Part shown: positions 1-10,248 of the stretch, in pieces | Layout of the letters: the number at the start of each line of letters is the position of its first letter | How positions within the stretch are numbered: the first letter of the stretch is position 1 | NCBI GenBank assembly: GCA_947455195.1 | Contig: CANGMI010000002.1 | Coordinates: forward strand, 257,549-321,548 | Direction: 5' to 3' | DNA from: Pseudomonadota bacterium | Lineage (GTDB): Bacteria > Pseudomonadota > Gammaproteobacteria > Burkholderiales > SG8-39 | DNA length: 64,000 nucleotides | The notes under the pieces: generated by a model | Database searches by the model: none | What the model saw: only the letters and a program-made list of their open reading frames with translations | Told to the model about the DNA's origin: nothing | Translations under genes and position numbers: made by a program

Positions 1-833
1 CGCGAGCCCTGGCCGCTCGCCTGTCGGCCGCGGTAGGGCAGCAGGTGGTGGTCGAGAATCGTGCGGGTGCTGGCACCACGATTGCCTCCGACCTTGTGGC
101 GAAGGCAGCCCCCGACGGGTACACCCTCTACGTGCAGGACATCACCACGCACGCGATCAACGCATCGCTCTATCCGCACTTGCCCTACGACACCGTGCGC
201 GATTTCACGCCAGTGGCACTCTTTGCGTCGACCCCGCTCATGCTGGTGACCCATCCGGGCACCCAGGTGAATACGGTTGCCGAGCTCACCACGCTGCTCA
301 GGTCGAAGCCCGGCGCCCTGTCCTACGGATCGTCGGGCAACGGCACGATCACACATCTGGCCGGCGAGCTGTACCGCTCGAGCGCCGGCGTCGATGCCGC
401 GCATGTGCCTTACAAGGGCAGTTCGCCCACGACCCAGGCGATCCTGAGTGGCGAAGTGGCCTTTACCTTCTCGAGCATGCCCCCCGCCGTGCAGAACGTG
501 AAGGCCGGCCGATTGCGTGCCCTGGCGGTGACCACGCCGCGTCGGGTGGATGCGGTGCCTGACGTGCCGACCATGCTCGAGGCGGGGGTACGCGACTACG
601 AAATCGTCCTCTACAGCGGGTTGCTCGCACCGCGTGGCTTGCCTGCGCCGATCGTGCGCCGTCTCAATGCCGAGTTTGCCCGACTGGTGGCCCATGACGA
701 TGTGCGTGCCGTGTTCGCAGGCATCGGGGCCGACCCGATCACGACCACACCCGAAGCGTTTGCAACCTTGATGACCCGGGAAGTCGAGCGCCTCGGGCGA
801 CTCGTGCGTGCTTCGGGTGCCAAAGTGGAGTGA
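1..833 (+). CDS. Bug/TctC-family tripartite tricarboxylate transporter substrate-binding protein (5-prime partial)
   Basis: The frame is open from nt 3 (RALAARLSAAVGQQVVVENRAGAGT...). It shows typical Bug signatures (VENRxGAG, HVPYKGS, PDVPT). The stop is TGA 831-833. Confidence 0.85.
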   Translation, partial: RALAARLSAAVGQQVVVENRAGAGTTIASDLVAKAAPDGYTLYVQDITTHAINASLYPHLPYDTVRDFTPVALFASTPLMLVTHPGTQVNTVAELTTLLRSKPGALSYGSSGNGTITHLAGELYRSSAGVDAAHVPYKGSSPTTQAILSGEVAFTFSSMPPAVQNVKAGRLRALAVTTPRRVDAVPDVPTMLEAGVRDYEIVLYSGLLAPRGLPAPIVRRLNAEFARLVAHDDVRAVFAGIGADPITTTPEAFATLMTREVERLGRLVRASGAKVE

Positions 834-1759
834 CCAGCACCATGACCGAGCGAGCCTACCCGTTGCTGCCGCAGCACCGTCGTTACGACTACCAGCCCCT
901 GCGCGACCGCGCCGATTACGATTGGCCCGAGGGACGGCGGCTGGCTTTCACGATCACGACCAACGTCGAGTGGTTTGCCTTCGGCGCGGGGCTGGGGCAT
1001 GACCCGGCCAAGACCGGCGAGCCGCAGACCCATCGCAACTATGCCTGGCGCGATTACGGCAATCGGGTGGGCATCTGGCGGCTGCTTGATCTGCTCGACG
1101 AACTTGCGCTGCCGGCCGGGCACAACTGCAATACGCTCATGTACGACTACGCGCCCCAGGTCATGGCGGCGATCCGTGCTCGCGGTGATGAGGTAGTGGC
1201 GCATGGGCGCACCAATGCCGAGAATCTGCGTGGCCTCTGGGAAGCCGACGAGTACCGGATGTTGCGCGAGGTAACCGACCGCATTGCGCAGGCCGAGGGA
1301 CGCGCGCCACGGGGCTGGATGGGCTCGGGCGCCTACGAAACCGGCAACACGCTCGATATCCTGCGTGAACTCGGTTACCAGTACTCGATGGATTGGCCGA
1401 TGGACGATCAGCCGGTGTGGATGCGTACCCGCTCGGGGCCGATCCTGTCGGTGCCTTACCCGATTGAACTGAATGACTCGCAGGTGGTGATCCACCGCAA
1501 GCAGGATGCGGCCGATTTCTGTTCGATGATCGTCGAACAGTTCGACGAGATGATCGAGCAGAGCGAGCGTCACCCGCTCGTCATGAACGTGTCGGTTCAC
1601 CCGTACGTTTTCGGGCAGCCGTTCCGGCTGCGCATGTTGCGCCGGGCCCTGCAGCATTGTGTGAATCACCCGCGCCGCGCTGCGGTCTGGTGGACCCGCC
1701 CGGGCGATATTGCCGATCATTGCTGCAGCCTGCCACCCGGCGTGGTGCCCGGGGGCTGA
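830..1759 (+). CDS. polysaccharide deacetylase family protein (PuuE/allantoinase-like cytoplasmic subgroup)
   Basis: 309 aa with no signal peptide and NodB-like segments (FTITTNVEW, VAHGRTN, PYPIELND). GTG 830 overlaps the upstream stop (GTGA). ATG 842 is an alternative start. Confidence 0.7.
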   Translation: MTSTMTERAYPLLPQHRRYDYQPLRDRADYDWPEGRRLAFTITTNVEWFAFGAGLGHDPAKTGEPQTHRNYAWRDYGNRVGIWRLLDLLDELALPAGHNCNTLMYDYAPQVMAAIRARGDEVVAHGRTNAENLRGLWEADEYRMLREVTDRIAQAEGRAPRGWMGSGAYETGNTLDILRELGYQYSMDWPMDDQPVWMRTRSGPILSVPYPIELNDSQVVIHRKQDAADFCSMIVEQFDEMIEQSERHPLVMNVSVHPYVFGQPFRLRMLRRALQHCVNHPRRAAVWWTRPGDIADHCCSLPPGVVPGG

Positions 1760-1795
1760 GCGGTCGCGGGAGCCGCAGGTACCAGCGCGCGCCGT

Positions 1796-2194
1796 TCAGC
1801 GAGGCGCAGGTTCGTCGATCAGCGACACGTGCGCTGAAACGATGCGCCAGCCCTCGGGCATGCGCACCCAGGTCTGGCTCTGGCGTCCGACCTTTCCCGG
1901 GGCCGATTCGCGCAGGAATTCGGTGTTGGCTACCGCAAAATCACGCCCGAACGTGGTGATTCGGGTATTGCGCCGGGTCCGCATCAGGCCCACGGGCGAG
2001 CGCGCCGCGCGAAAGTTGCTGATCTCGTCATACGACAGCAGGATTTCCCCCATGCCGTAGCGCAGCGTGGTCGGGCTGGCCCAGAACTGGCTGTTCAGGG
2101 TCTCCACTTCGTTGGCCACCAGCGCGGCCTCGTAGCGATCGAATTCCGCCGAGACTTCGGCAACGACTTCGGGGATATTGACTTCGGTATTCAT
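1796..2194 (-). CDS. AtzH/HpxZ-like NTF2-fold protein (DUF3225-type)
   Basis: 132 aa small soluble protein. Its size and the pattern EFDRYEAAL...FWASPTTLRYGMGEILLSYDEISNFRAAR fit the AtzH-like/oxalurate catabolism HpxZ family. The family call is from memory and was not searched. Confidence 0.55.
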   Translation of the reverse strand: MNTEVNIPEVVAEVSAEFDRYEAALVANEVETLNSQFWASPTTLRYGMGEILLSYDEISNFRAARSPVGLMRTRRNTRITTFGRDFAVANTEFLRESAPGKVGRQSQTWVRMPEGWRIVSAHVSLIDEPAPR

Positions 2195-2303
2195 GGTGCA
2201 CGCCTCACGCAGGACGGGGTCGGAGAAAGCCTCATTATAGGCAGGCGTAGACTGCCGGCTTTCAGACTGAACATCGTGCCAGACCGTCGCACGTCACCTG
2301 ACC

Positions 2304-3317
2304 ATGGACCGTCTCGAGCGTTTCTACAAGATCCAGCAGCTGCTTGAAACCAGCAAGATCGTTCCGATCGAACGATTTCTGAAGGAGCTGGGGGTATCGG
2401 TTGCGACCTTCAAGCGCGACCTGGAGTACATGCGCGACCGGTTCAATGCGCCGATCGACTGGGATCGCGACCTTCGCGGTTACCGGTTCGCCACGCCGGC
2501 CGCGGGTGGCAAGCGCACGGTGGGGCCGCGGTTCGAGTTGCCGGGCTTGTGGTTCAACGCCTCGGAGATCAGAGCGCTCCTCACGATGCAGCACCTGCTT
2601 TCCAATCTTCAGCCCGGTCTGCTCGAGCCGCATGTTCGGCCGCTCCTCGCGCGCCTGCGCACCTTGCTCGATGTGGGGGAGCATTCCTTCGAGGAGGTCG
2701 AGCGCCGGGTTCGGGTGCTGCATCAGGCCAGCCGCGGATCCCATCTGCCGCACTTCGAGGTGGTGGCCTCCGCGCTGCTCAACCGGCAGCGTGTGCAGAT
2801 CGCGTATCACAGCCGTGATCGCGATCAGCTTACCGAGCGGGAGGTTTCGCCGCAGCGTCTGGTGCACTACCGGGACAACTGGTATCTCGACGCCTGGTGC
2901 CACTTGCGCGATGACCTGCGCAGTTTTTCGATCGACGCCATTCGTCAGGCCGTGCCGGTCGATCGGCGTGCGCGGGTTGTCCCCGAGACTGAGCTCGATG
3001 CGGTGCTGGCGGCCGGTTACGGCATTTTCTCCGGTCGGGAGGTGAAGTGGGCGCGCTTGCGTTTTTCCCCGGAGCGGGCACGCTGGGTGGCCGATGAGCA
3101 GTGGCACCCGCAGCAGCGAGGCCTGCGCGAGCCCGACGGCAGCTATCTGCTCGAGTTGCCGTTCAGCGATCCGCGCGAGCTTTCGATGGATATCCTCAGG
3201 CATGGCGCCCATGTCGAGGTGCTCGAGCCCGCCGCCTTGCGCAAGGCGGTGGCCGGGCAGTTGCGTGAGGCGGCAGCACGCTACGATCACGCCGCTTCCG
3301 CGACGGATCGGCCATGA
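2304..3317 (+). CDS. HTH-WYL domain transcriptional regulator (YafY/PafBC-like architecture)
   Basis: 337 aa. N-terminal DeoR-like HTH (RFYKIQQLLETSKIVPIERFLKELGVSVATFKRDLEYM). Central WYL core (HYRDNWYLDAWCHLRDDLRSFSIDAI). There is also a C-terminal extension domain. Confidence 0.8.
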   Translation: MDRLERFYKIQQLLETSKIVPIERFLKELGVSVATFKRDLEYMRDRFNAPIDWDRDLRGYRFATPAAGGKRTVGPRFELPGLWFNASEIRALLTMQHLLSNLQPGLLEPHVRPLLARLRTLLDVGEHSFEEVERRVRVLHQASRGSHLPHFEVVASALLNRQRVQIAYHSRDRDQLTEREVSPQRLVHYRDNWYLDAWCHLRDDLRSFSIDAIRQAVPVDRRARVVPETELDAVLAAGYGIFSGREVKWARLRFSPERARWVADEQWHPQQRGLREPDGSYLLELPFSDPRELSMDILRHGAHVEVLEPAALRKAVAGQLREAAARYDHAASATDRP

Positions 3318-3395
3318 GCGATTCAGTGGATCATCGTCTGAGCGACTGACCCGCCAGACTCTCTCCGGTCGATTCAGATCCGAGCGGAGAATGTG

Positions 3396-3833
3396 ATGAG
3401 CGTGCTTGCCGAAGCTTTCAGTGTCGTTGTGTCCCGTGCTGCCATCGACCGCCTCTACGCCGGAGGGCTCGAGGCCCTTCGCCGTGATGCACCCGCCGGC
3501 AGCTTCTGTGCCGATGGGTTGATTGCACGGGTCGGGTTTGGATCTCGTGCTGCGGCCGAATTCTTCGCTGCCCTGCTGCGGGCGAGCGGTCTTTCCCAGT
3601 TTGTGCGTGGGCACGCAGCCGATTTCGTGCTGGTCGACGGGCAGAGCGGTCCGTCATGCCCGTGTCTGTGGCTCGAGTTCGGTCACGACCGGCACGGCAT
3701 TCCGATGTGCTGGCATGCCACGGCGCGTCGTGGCGTGCTGCGGGTGCCGGATGGGTGGGAGCCCGGTCGGCGGCCCCGGGTCGAGGCGCGGGAGGCGGGC
3801 CCCGGCAATGTGCCGCCCTTCGTGACGCACTGA
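3396..3833 (+). CDS. hypothetical protein (145 aa, Cys/His-rich centre, no family recognised)
   Basis: GGAGA at 3386-3390 lies 5 nt before ATG 3396. The gene is 78 nt downstream of the WYL regulator on the same strand. Third-codon-position GC is similar to neighbouring genes. It contains a CPCLWLEFGHDRHGIPMCWH cluster. Confidence 0.5.
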   Translation: MSVLAEAFSVVVSRAAIDRLYAGGLEALRRDAPAGSFCADGLIARVGFGSRAAAEFFAALLRASGLSQFVRGHAADFVLVDGQSGPSCPCLWLEFGHDRHGIPMCWHATARRGVLRVPDGWEPGRRPRVEAREAGPGNVPPFVTH

Positions 3834-3922
3834 GCCAAGCCGGGCAGTGAGCACCGGCGTCCGCGCGTCGCGGCGATCATCGGGCTTGGCGCAATCGGCC
3901 GGGTCGTGCAGAATCCGGGCCG

Positions 3923-4891
3923 ATGAAGACCACCTTTCTCGATTTTGAGCAGCCGATCGCCGACCTGGAGTCGCGCATCGAGGAACTGCGGTTCGTGCAG
4001 GATGATTCCGCGGTTGATATTTCCGAGGAGATCCAGCGCCTGGCCAAGAAGAGCCAGGGGCTCACGCGCGAGATCTACGGGCGTCTGACGCCTTGGCAGG
4101 TGTCACAGGTTGCACGCCACCCTCAACGCCCTTACACGCTCGACTACATCGGCTCGATCTTCACGAACTTTGAAGAATTGCACGGTGATCGGTCCTATGC
4201 CGATGACCTCTCGATTGTCGGCGGGCTCGCCCGGTTCAATGGTGAGTCGGTCGTGGTCATCGGTCACCAGAAGGGGCGTGACACGCGCGAGAAGATCCAG
4301 CGCAATTTCGGCATGCCTCGGCCTGAGGGGTATCGCAAGGCATTGCGATTGATGAAGCTGGCTGAAAAATTCGGGCTGCCCGTATTCACGCTGGTCGACA
4401 CGCCCGGGGCGTACCCGGGCATCGGCGCCGAGGAGCGCGGCCAGTCCGAAGCGATCGGACGCAATCTCTTCGAGTTGTCGCGGCTGCGTGTGCCGGTCAT
4501 CTGCACCGTCATTGGGGAGGGCGGCTCGGGCGGTGCCCTGGCGCTGGCCGTCGGTGATGTGGTGATGATGCTGCAGTATGCGATCTACTCGGTGATTTCG
4601 CCCGAGGGGTGCGCATCCATTCTCTGGAAGAGCGCCGACCGCGCGCCCGATGCTGCCGAAACGCTGGGCATCACGGCCGGCCGCCTGAAGTCCCTCGGCC
4701 TGATCGACCGTATCGTCAATGAACCGCTGGGCGGTGCCCATCGCGATCCGACGGCCATTGCCACCTCCCTCAAGAAGGGATTGCAGGAAGCCTTGCGGTC
4801 ACTGCGTGCCATGGATGTCGACGAACTGCTCGAGCAGCGCCATGAGCGCCTGATGGCTTATGGCAAGTTCCGCGAAGTCGATCCGGCCTGA
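3923..4891 (+). CDS. accA: acetyl-CoA carboxylase carboxyltransferase subunit alpha
   Basis: 322 aa, full-length AccA-like sequence ([16 protein letters not shown]..., [46 protein letters not shown]). Confidence 0.97.
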   Translation: MKTTFLDFEQPIADLESRIEELRFVQDDSAVDISEEIQRLAKKSQGLTREIYGRLTPWQVSQVARHPQRPYTLDYIGSIFTNFEELHGDRSYADDLSIVGGLARFNGESVVVIGHQKGRDTREKIQRNFGMPRPEGYRKALRLMKLAEKFGLPVFTLVDTPGAYPGIGAEERGQSEAIGRNLFELSRLRVPVICTVIGEGGSGGALALAVGDVVMMLQYAIYSVISPEGCASILWKSADRAPDAAETLGITAGRLKSLGLIDRIVNEPLGGAHRDPTAIATSLKKGLQEALRSLRAMDVDELLEQRHERLMAYGKFREVDPA

Positions 4892-6395
4892 GTCAGCCTC
4901 CAGGGTACTCCTCGCGCATTTCGAGGCGGTCGTCGGATCCCTTGCGCCTCCCGGTGTCCGGGTATGCGTGGGGCTGTCCGGCGGTCTCGATTCGGTGGTT
5001 TTGCTCGACCTGTTCTGTCGCCTCCGGAACGAGCGCGGGTGGCGGATCGAGGCCCTGCATGTGCATCACGGGCTGAGCCCCAATGCGGATCGTTGGGTTG
5101 CCTTCTGCCAGCGACTCGGGCGGCGGCGCAAGGTGCCCGTGCAGGTCGTGCGGGTCGATCTCTCGGCGCTGGCACATCTGGGCCTGGAGGCAGCCGCCCG
5201 CGAGCGACGTTACGAGGCGTACGCGCAGTCGGGCGCCGGGTGTGTGGCGCTCGCGCATCATGCCGATGACCAGGCCGAGACGGTGCTGCTGCAGTTGCTT
5301 CGCGGTAGCGGGGTGGCCGGACTCGCTGCCATGCCGCTGGCGCGCCCGCTGGTGCGCCCGCTGGTGCGCCCGCTGGCTGCTCCGATGACGCAACCGTTGA
5401 GCACCGATGACGGGCCTGACCTGGGGCCCGACGTGGGGCCACCGCCTGGTCTGACGGATGGCACGGCGCAGATGCTCATCCGCCCGCTCCTTGGCTGCCG
5501 TCGTGCCATCATCGCGGCCTACGCGCGATCGCGCCGTCTGGCCTGGATCGAGGACGAGTCGAATCAGGATGTCTCCCGGGTGCGCAACGCCTTGCGCCAC
5601 GACATCCTGCCCCGGCTCGCACGGATTCAGCCCGCCGTGATCGAGAACATCAACCGTAGCGCCCGGCATCTCGGCAGCGCGCTCATGGTGCTCGATGAGG
5701 CTGCCCGTATCGATCTGGCGATGGCCGCAGACACGTCGGCATGGCCGGGCGTACCGTCTGCGGGGATCGTGCCGGCGCTTGACTGCAATGCCCTGCGGGT
5801 CATGGGGGAGGCGCGTGCAATTCGTGCCATCGGCGCGTGGCTTGGCGTCCACGGGATCCAGGCCCCGTCCACTGCCCGGTTTCGGCAGATCTGGCGTCAG
5901 GCCACGACCGCACGTCCCGATGCACAGGTGGCCATCGCGATTGGAGGGGCGGTCTTGCGGCGCTACCGTGGGGCACTCCATCTGGAGCATCGGTGCGACG
6001 ATGGCGGCGCCTCGGGTGCGCAGTCGGAGCCGGTCATCTGGGATGGCAGGTCTGAATGGCGACTCGAGGCACTTGCGGGTGTCGTGCGCTTCGTGCCCAC
6101 GCTCGGCGCCGGGCTTGCCGAGCGTGGGCTGCGTCATCCCGGCCGCCTCTCCGCGATCGCCCGACCGGCTGAGCGATTCAGGCGGACGGGCGACAGCCAC
6201 CACCGTTCGCTCAAGGTGCTCTTTCAGGAAGCGGGCATCCCGGCATGGGCCCGAGCCCGATTGCCATGCCTTGCGATCGATGGCGTGCTCGCATGGGTTG
6301 CCGGCCTGGGTGTCGCGTCGCAGTTTGCCGCCGGCGCCAGCGAGCCCGGCCTGGTGCCGCACTGGCATCCCGATCGGCCGCCCGGACCACCCTGA
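4860..6395 (+). CDS. tilS: tRNA(Ile)-lysidine synthase
   Basis: PP-loop motif [16 protein letters not shown] 4860 is the only start codon upstream of the PP-loop and overlaps accA by 32 nt. At 511 aa it is longer than usual because of a low-complexity insert. Confidence 0.9.
   Translation: MASSAKSIRPESASRVLLAHFEAVVGSLAPPGVRVCVGLSGGLDSVVLLDLFCRLRNERGWRIEALHVHHGLSPNADRWVAFCQRLGRRRKVPVQVVRVDLSALAHLGLEAAARERRYEAYAQSGAGCVALAHHADDQAETVLLQLLRGSGVAGLAAMPLARPLVRPLVRPLAAPMTQPLSTDDGPDLGPDVGPPPGLTDGTAQMLIRPLLGCRRAIIAAYARSRRLAWIEDESNQDVSRVRNALRHDILPRLARIQPAVIENINRSARHLGSALMVLDEAARIDLAMAADTSAWPGVPSAGIVPALDCNALRVMGEARAIRAIGAWLGVHGIQAPSTARFRQIWRQATTARPDAQVAIAIGGAVLRRYRGALHLEHRCDDGGASGAQSEPVIWDGRSEWRLEALAGVVRFVPTLGAGLAERGLRHPGRLSAIARPAERFRRTGDSHHRSLKVLFQEAGIPAWARARLPCLAIDGVLAWVAGLGVASQFAAGASEPGLVPHWHPDRPPGPP
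5334..5376 (+). repeat. in-frame 12-bp tandem repeat inside tilS (three full copies plus a partial one)
   Basis: The sequence reads ccgctgg cgcgcccgctgg tgcgcccgctgg tgcgcccgctgg. It encodes [14 protein letters not shown]. Confidence 0.9.
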
Positions 6396-6527
6396 GCGGC
6401 CTCCGGGCCCGGGCTCCTCACAGGGCAACGGTGTTCCGCCGGTTCCGGATCAATCTGCGGGTAATCGGGAAAATAGATGTTAAAATAAAAGGTTAGGTCG
6501 GCATGTCGGCCTCAAAAGGAGATTCAA

Positions 6528-6953
6528 ATGGCAGTCGAACGTACCCTTTCCATCATCAAGCCAGATGCCGTTGCGAAGAACGTGATCGGTCAGATCCTGG
6601 CCCGTTTCGAGTCGGCCGACCTGCGCGTGGTCGCGGCCCGGATGATGCAGTTGTCCGAGGCACAGGCTCAGGCCTTCTATGCCGTGCACAAGGCTCGTCC
6701 CTTCTTTGGCGATCTGGTTCGCTTCATGATCTCCGGCCCCGTGATGATCCAGGTCCTCGAGGGCGAGGGCGCGATTGCACGCAATCGTGAACTGATGGGT
6801 GCGACCGACCCGAAGAAGGCTGATAAGGGCACGATTCGTGCCGATTTCGCCGACAGCATCGATGCCAATGCCGTTCACGGTTCCGATGCCGAGGAAACGG
6901 CCCGCAACGAAATCGCCTTCTTCTTCTCGGCGCTTGACGTCAGCGGTCGCTAG
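6528..6953 (+). CDS. ndk: nucleoside-diphosphate kinase
   Basis: 141 aa, [23 protein letters not shown]...[15 protein letters not shown] precedes the ATG, and an AT-rich promoter-like stretch lies at 6465-6500. Confidence 0.97.
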   Translation: MAVERTLSIIKPDAVAKNVIGQILARFESADLRVVAARMMQLSEAQAQAFYAVHKARPFFGDLVRFMISGPVMIQVLEGEGAIARNRELMGATDPKKADKGTIRADFADSIDANAVHGSDAEETARNEIAFFFSALDVSGR

Positions 6954-6977
6954 ATCGGTCGACCCGGGCTCGCGATC

Positions 6978-8159
6978 ATGACGGTCAACCTGCTCGATCT
7001 CGATGCACCGGGCCTGACGGCGTTCGTCACGTCGGCCGGACAGAAGCCTTTTCGCGCCCGCCAGCTGCTCCACTGGCTGCATCAGGGGTGCGAGAGTGAT
7101 TTCACGCGCATGACGGACCTGGCGCGCGAGTTTCGCCAGATGCTCGAGCGCGAGGCGGTTGTCGCAGCACCCAAGGTGGTGTCCGACTCCACGGCAGCCG
7201 ATGGCACCCGCAAGTGGCTGCTGCAGGTCGGCACGGCCAATGCGGTCGAAATGGTCTTCATCCCGGAAACCGATCGGGGCACGCTCTGCATTTCCACGCA
7301 GGCTGGTTGCGCCATGGATTGCGGGTTCTGTTCGACCGGCAAGCAGGGCTTCAACCGCAACCTGCGTCTGGGCGAAATCATCGGCCAGTTGTGGTGGGCC
7401 GAACGCACGCTGCGAGCCGACGCTCGCGCGGCGGGCAACCCCGACCCGGGCCGGATGATCTCCAATGTCGTATTCATGGGCATGGGCGAGCCCCTGCTCA
7501 ATTTCGACAACGTATTGCCCGCCCTGCGGCTCATGCTCGACGATCATGCTTACGGGTTGTCGCGCCGCCGGGTAACCGTGTCGACCTCGGGCATCGTGCC
7601 CTTCATCGACCGGCTCGCGGCAGAGTGCCCGGTATCACTGGCGGTGTCCCTGCACGCCCCGACTGACGAACTGCGTGATCGCATCATGCCGATCAACCGC
7701 AAGTATCCGCTGCGGGAACTGATGGCCGCCTGCCGGCGCTACCTGCGTCATTCACCGCGTGACAGCATCATGTTCGAGTACGTGATGCTGGCTGGGATCA
7801 ACGACCGGGCAGAGGACGCGCAGGCCCTGATCACGCTCCTGCGCGACATGCCCTGCAAGGTCAATCTCATCCCGTTCAATCCGTTTCCCGCGGCCGATTT
7901 TGCTCGCTCGTCTCGCGAGACCATTCGTCATTTTGCCGAGACATTGACCGCTGCCGGGCTCATCGCCACCACCCGCAAGACCCGTGGCGATGACATCGAT
8001 GCCGCGTGTGGGCAACTGGCTGGGCGCATCGAAGATCGCACCCGGCGTGCCGAGCGTGTCGAGCGGCGAGAGGCGGCGAAAGCCCGGGTCGGAGAGGGCC
8101 TCGTCCAGTCCCCGGGAGCCCCCCGTGCAGAGCCGCCGCTCGTCGAGGTGGCGCCTTGA
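6978..8159 (+). CDS. rlmN: 23S rRNA (adenine2503-C2)-methyltransferase, radical SAM
   Basis: 393 aa with radical-SAM cluster motif [11 protein letters not shown]. It sits in the conserved position after ndk. Confidence 0.95.
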   Translation: MTVNLLDLDAPGLTAFVTSAGQKPFRARQLLHWLHQGCESDFTRMTDLAREFRQMLEREAVVAAPKVVSDSTAADGTRKWLLQVGTANAVEMVFIPETDRGTLCISTQAGCAMDCGFCSTGKQGFNRNLRLGEIIGQLWWAERTLRADARAAGNPDPGRMISNVVFMGMGEPLLNFDNVLPALRLMLDDHAYGLSRRRVTVSTSGIVPFIDRLAAECPVSLAVSLHAPTDELRDRIMPINRKYPLRELMAACRRYLRHSPRDSIMFEYVMLAGINDRAEDAQALITLLRDMPCKVNLIPFNPFPAADFARSSRETIRHFAETLTAAGLIATTRKTRGDDIDAACGQLAGRIEDRTRRAERVERREAAKARVGEGLVQSPGAPRAEPPLVEVAP

Positions 8160-9064
8160 GCCCTCTGTCGAGCGCTGCTGCTGCCTTGTTGCGCCGCTCG
8201 TCCCGCCAGAGGGCCGGGTCGGGTCTGCTCCTCATGCTTGTCGGGGTGGCGTTTGCTCTCGCTCTGGCAGGTTGTGCGGGCGTCGGTGGCCTCGATGGCG
8301 GCGCCGAGTCGTCCAGCGGGCTGGGCGACGGCAACTACGGCATCGATGCAGGCGGTAGTGATGATGCCGACGTTCTGGTGGGCGAGCGTCGCGACGCGCG
8401 ATCGCGGGCCGTCGCGCATGTGGAACTCGCCGGGGCCTACTACAGTCAGGGCAACATGGGGGTGGCCCTGGAAGAGGTGCGCATCGCACTCAAGGCCGAC
8501 CCGGGCTATGCGCCGGGCTACAACATGCTCGGTCTGATTCAGGTCGAACTGAAGGATGTGACGCGCGCTCGGGCCAGTTTCGAGCGGGCCCTGCGCATCG
8601 ACCCACGCGACCCCGATACGAACCACAATTTCGGTCGACTCCTCTGCCAGAACGGCCAGGTCAATGAAGGGGTTCGCCGGTTCATGGCCGCGGTGCAGAA
8701 CCCGCTCTACCGCACGCCGGCTCGCTCGTATGCCTCGGCTGCCAGCTGTTATCTCGGTGCCCAGCGCACCGATGAGGCACTCGACCTGTTTCAGCAGTCG
8801 CTGCGCGTCGACCCCAGCTTTGCGCCTGCGCTGTTGCCGACAGCCGAACTGCTGATTAAAAAGGGCAATGCCGAGGCGGCTCGCGCCCTGGTGACCCGGT
8901 TTGACACGCTGGTTCGCCCGACCGCTGAATCCATCTGGTTGCAACTGCGCATCGAGCGCCGTCGCGGCGACGCTGCAGCCGAATCGGCCAGCGCTGCTCT
9001 GTTGAAGCAGCGCTTTCCCGATTCGGTGCAGGCAGGGCGGCTGGCGCGAGGAGAGTTCGATTGA
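8156..9064 (+). CDS. pilW: TPR lipoprotein, PilW-type (type IV pilus biogenesis/stability)
   Basis: TPR repeats and a lipobox (FALALAGC). Start chosen at TTG 8156, which overlaps the rlmN stop. It supplies a positively charged n-region (RRSSRQR). ATG 8234 is an alternative. The track's start at 8006 would overlap rlmN by 150 nt. Confidence 0.7.
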   Translation: MSPLSSAAAALLRRSSRQRAGSGLLLMLVGVAFALALAGCAGVGGLDGGAESSSGLGDGNYGIDAGGSDDADVLVGERRDARSRAVAHVELAGAYYSQGNMGVALEEVRIALKADPGYAPGYNMLGLIQVELKDVTRARASFERALRIDPRDPDTNHNFGRLLCQNGQVNEGVRRFMAAVQNPLYRTPARSYASAASCYLGAQRTDEALDLFQQSLRVDPSFAPALLPTAELLIKKGNAEAARALVTRFDTLVRPTAESIWLQLRIERRRGDAAAESASAALLKQRFPDSVQAGRLARGEFD

Positions 9065-10194
9065 ACGACCTTCAAGACAGCCCCGGGAATCAGAATGCTG
9101 CATCGTCGGCAGGCCCGGGTGCCCGGCTTGGTGCCCTGCGGACCGAGCGGCAGCTCGGCGTCGAGCAGATCGCCGGGGTGCTCGGATTCAGCAAGCGTCA
9201 GGTGCTCCTGCTCGAGGCGGATGACTATGCAGCCTTGCCTCCGCCCGTCGTGGTGCGCGGCATGGTCAGGGCCTATGCGAGACACCTGGGTATCGACTCG
9301 GCCGATCTGCTCGCCCGACTGCCGTCGGCGGTCGCACCGGTCACGGCGCCGCTGGTTGGCGAGTTCATGGAAGTCTCGTTCTCCAGTCGCACCAGCCCGC
9401 GCCATTCGCTCGCCTGGTGGAGCGTGGGTGTCCTCGTGGTGGCGCTCATCGTCTACCTGATTGCCGACCACGGTATCCCTGCCTATCTGCTGCCATCGTC
9501 CCGATCCGGTGACGCGCCGCCGGTTGAATCGTCCGACCGGCAGGCGGGGGCTGCAGCCACGGCGTCCGATGCCGATCCGGGTATCCGGGCCGATGGCGTG
9601 GGGCAACCCGCACCTGCGCCGGGTTCAGCTTCGTTGGGGACGGGCCCCTTTGCCGAGCCTGTCAGCCCGCCTCCGGCGGTGGCGGCAGCGCCCGTCGGCA
9701 CGCCTGCGTCAGGACCCGCCCCTGCGGTCGTCCCGGTCACGCCTCCCGCGGCGGGTTCGCCCGTGGTCGGCATGATGACGCCTTCGTTTGTTCCAGCGCT
9801 GCCCGGTGGTGCCACTTTTGCACCGCCCGCCGCTGGGGGGACTCCGAGTGGGCCTCCCCTGAGCACTGCTGGCGTTGCTGCTACCCCCGCTGCCACCCAG
9901 TCGCAGGCAGGGTCTCCCCCCCCGCAGCCCTCGGCTGAGCGGGCTGCGGCATCGCGGACCCACAAGGTCGTCTTTCGCTTCAGCCGGTTTGCCTGGGTCG
10001 AATTGCGTGACGCCAGGGGCACCGTCATCTTCACCGGCGCTTACCCGCCCGGCACGGAACGGTCGGTGGTCGGCAGTGCGCCAATGCGCCTGGTGGTTGG
10101 GTCCGCCCCCGCCGTGGAAGTCAACTATGACGGGCAGATCATCGATCTTGCCCCGCATGCCGTGGGCAGTGTCGCCCGTCTGACGCTTGAGTGA
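9061..10194 (+). CDS. rodZ: cytoskeleton protein RodZ (HTH plus Pro/Ala-rich linker plus DUF4115-like C-terminus)
   Basis: N-terminal HTH (LGALRTERQLGVEQIAGVLGFSKRQVLLLE), one TM segment, a long P/A-rich linker and a conserved C-terminal domain. The TTGA overlap with the pilW stop links the two genes. It lies in the pilW-rodZ-ispG synteny. Confidence 0.8.
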   Translation: MNDLQDSPGNQNAASSAGPGARLGALRTERQLGVEQIAGVLGFSKRQVLLLEADDYAALPPPVVVRGMVRAYARHLGIDSADLLARLPSAVAPVTAPLVGEFMEVSFSSRTSPRHSLAWWSVGVLVVALIVYLIADHGIPAYLLPSSRSGDAPPVESSDRQAGAAATASDADPGIRADGVGQPAPAPGSASLGTGPFAEPVSPPPAVAAAPVGTPASGPAPAVVPVTPPAAGSPVVGMMTPSFVPALPGGATFAPPAAGGTPSGPPLSTAGVAATPAATQSQAGSPPPQPSAERAAASRTHKVVFRFSRFAWVELRDARGTVIFTGAYPPGTERSVVGSAPMRLVVGSAPAVEVNYDGQIIDLAPHAVGSVARLTLE

Positions 10195-10248
10195 GGAGCG
10201 TGCCATGGTCTCCAATGTCGTCTTTACTCACCTGATGCGGGTGCTGCC

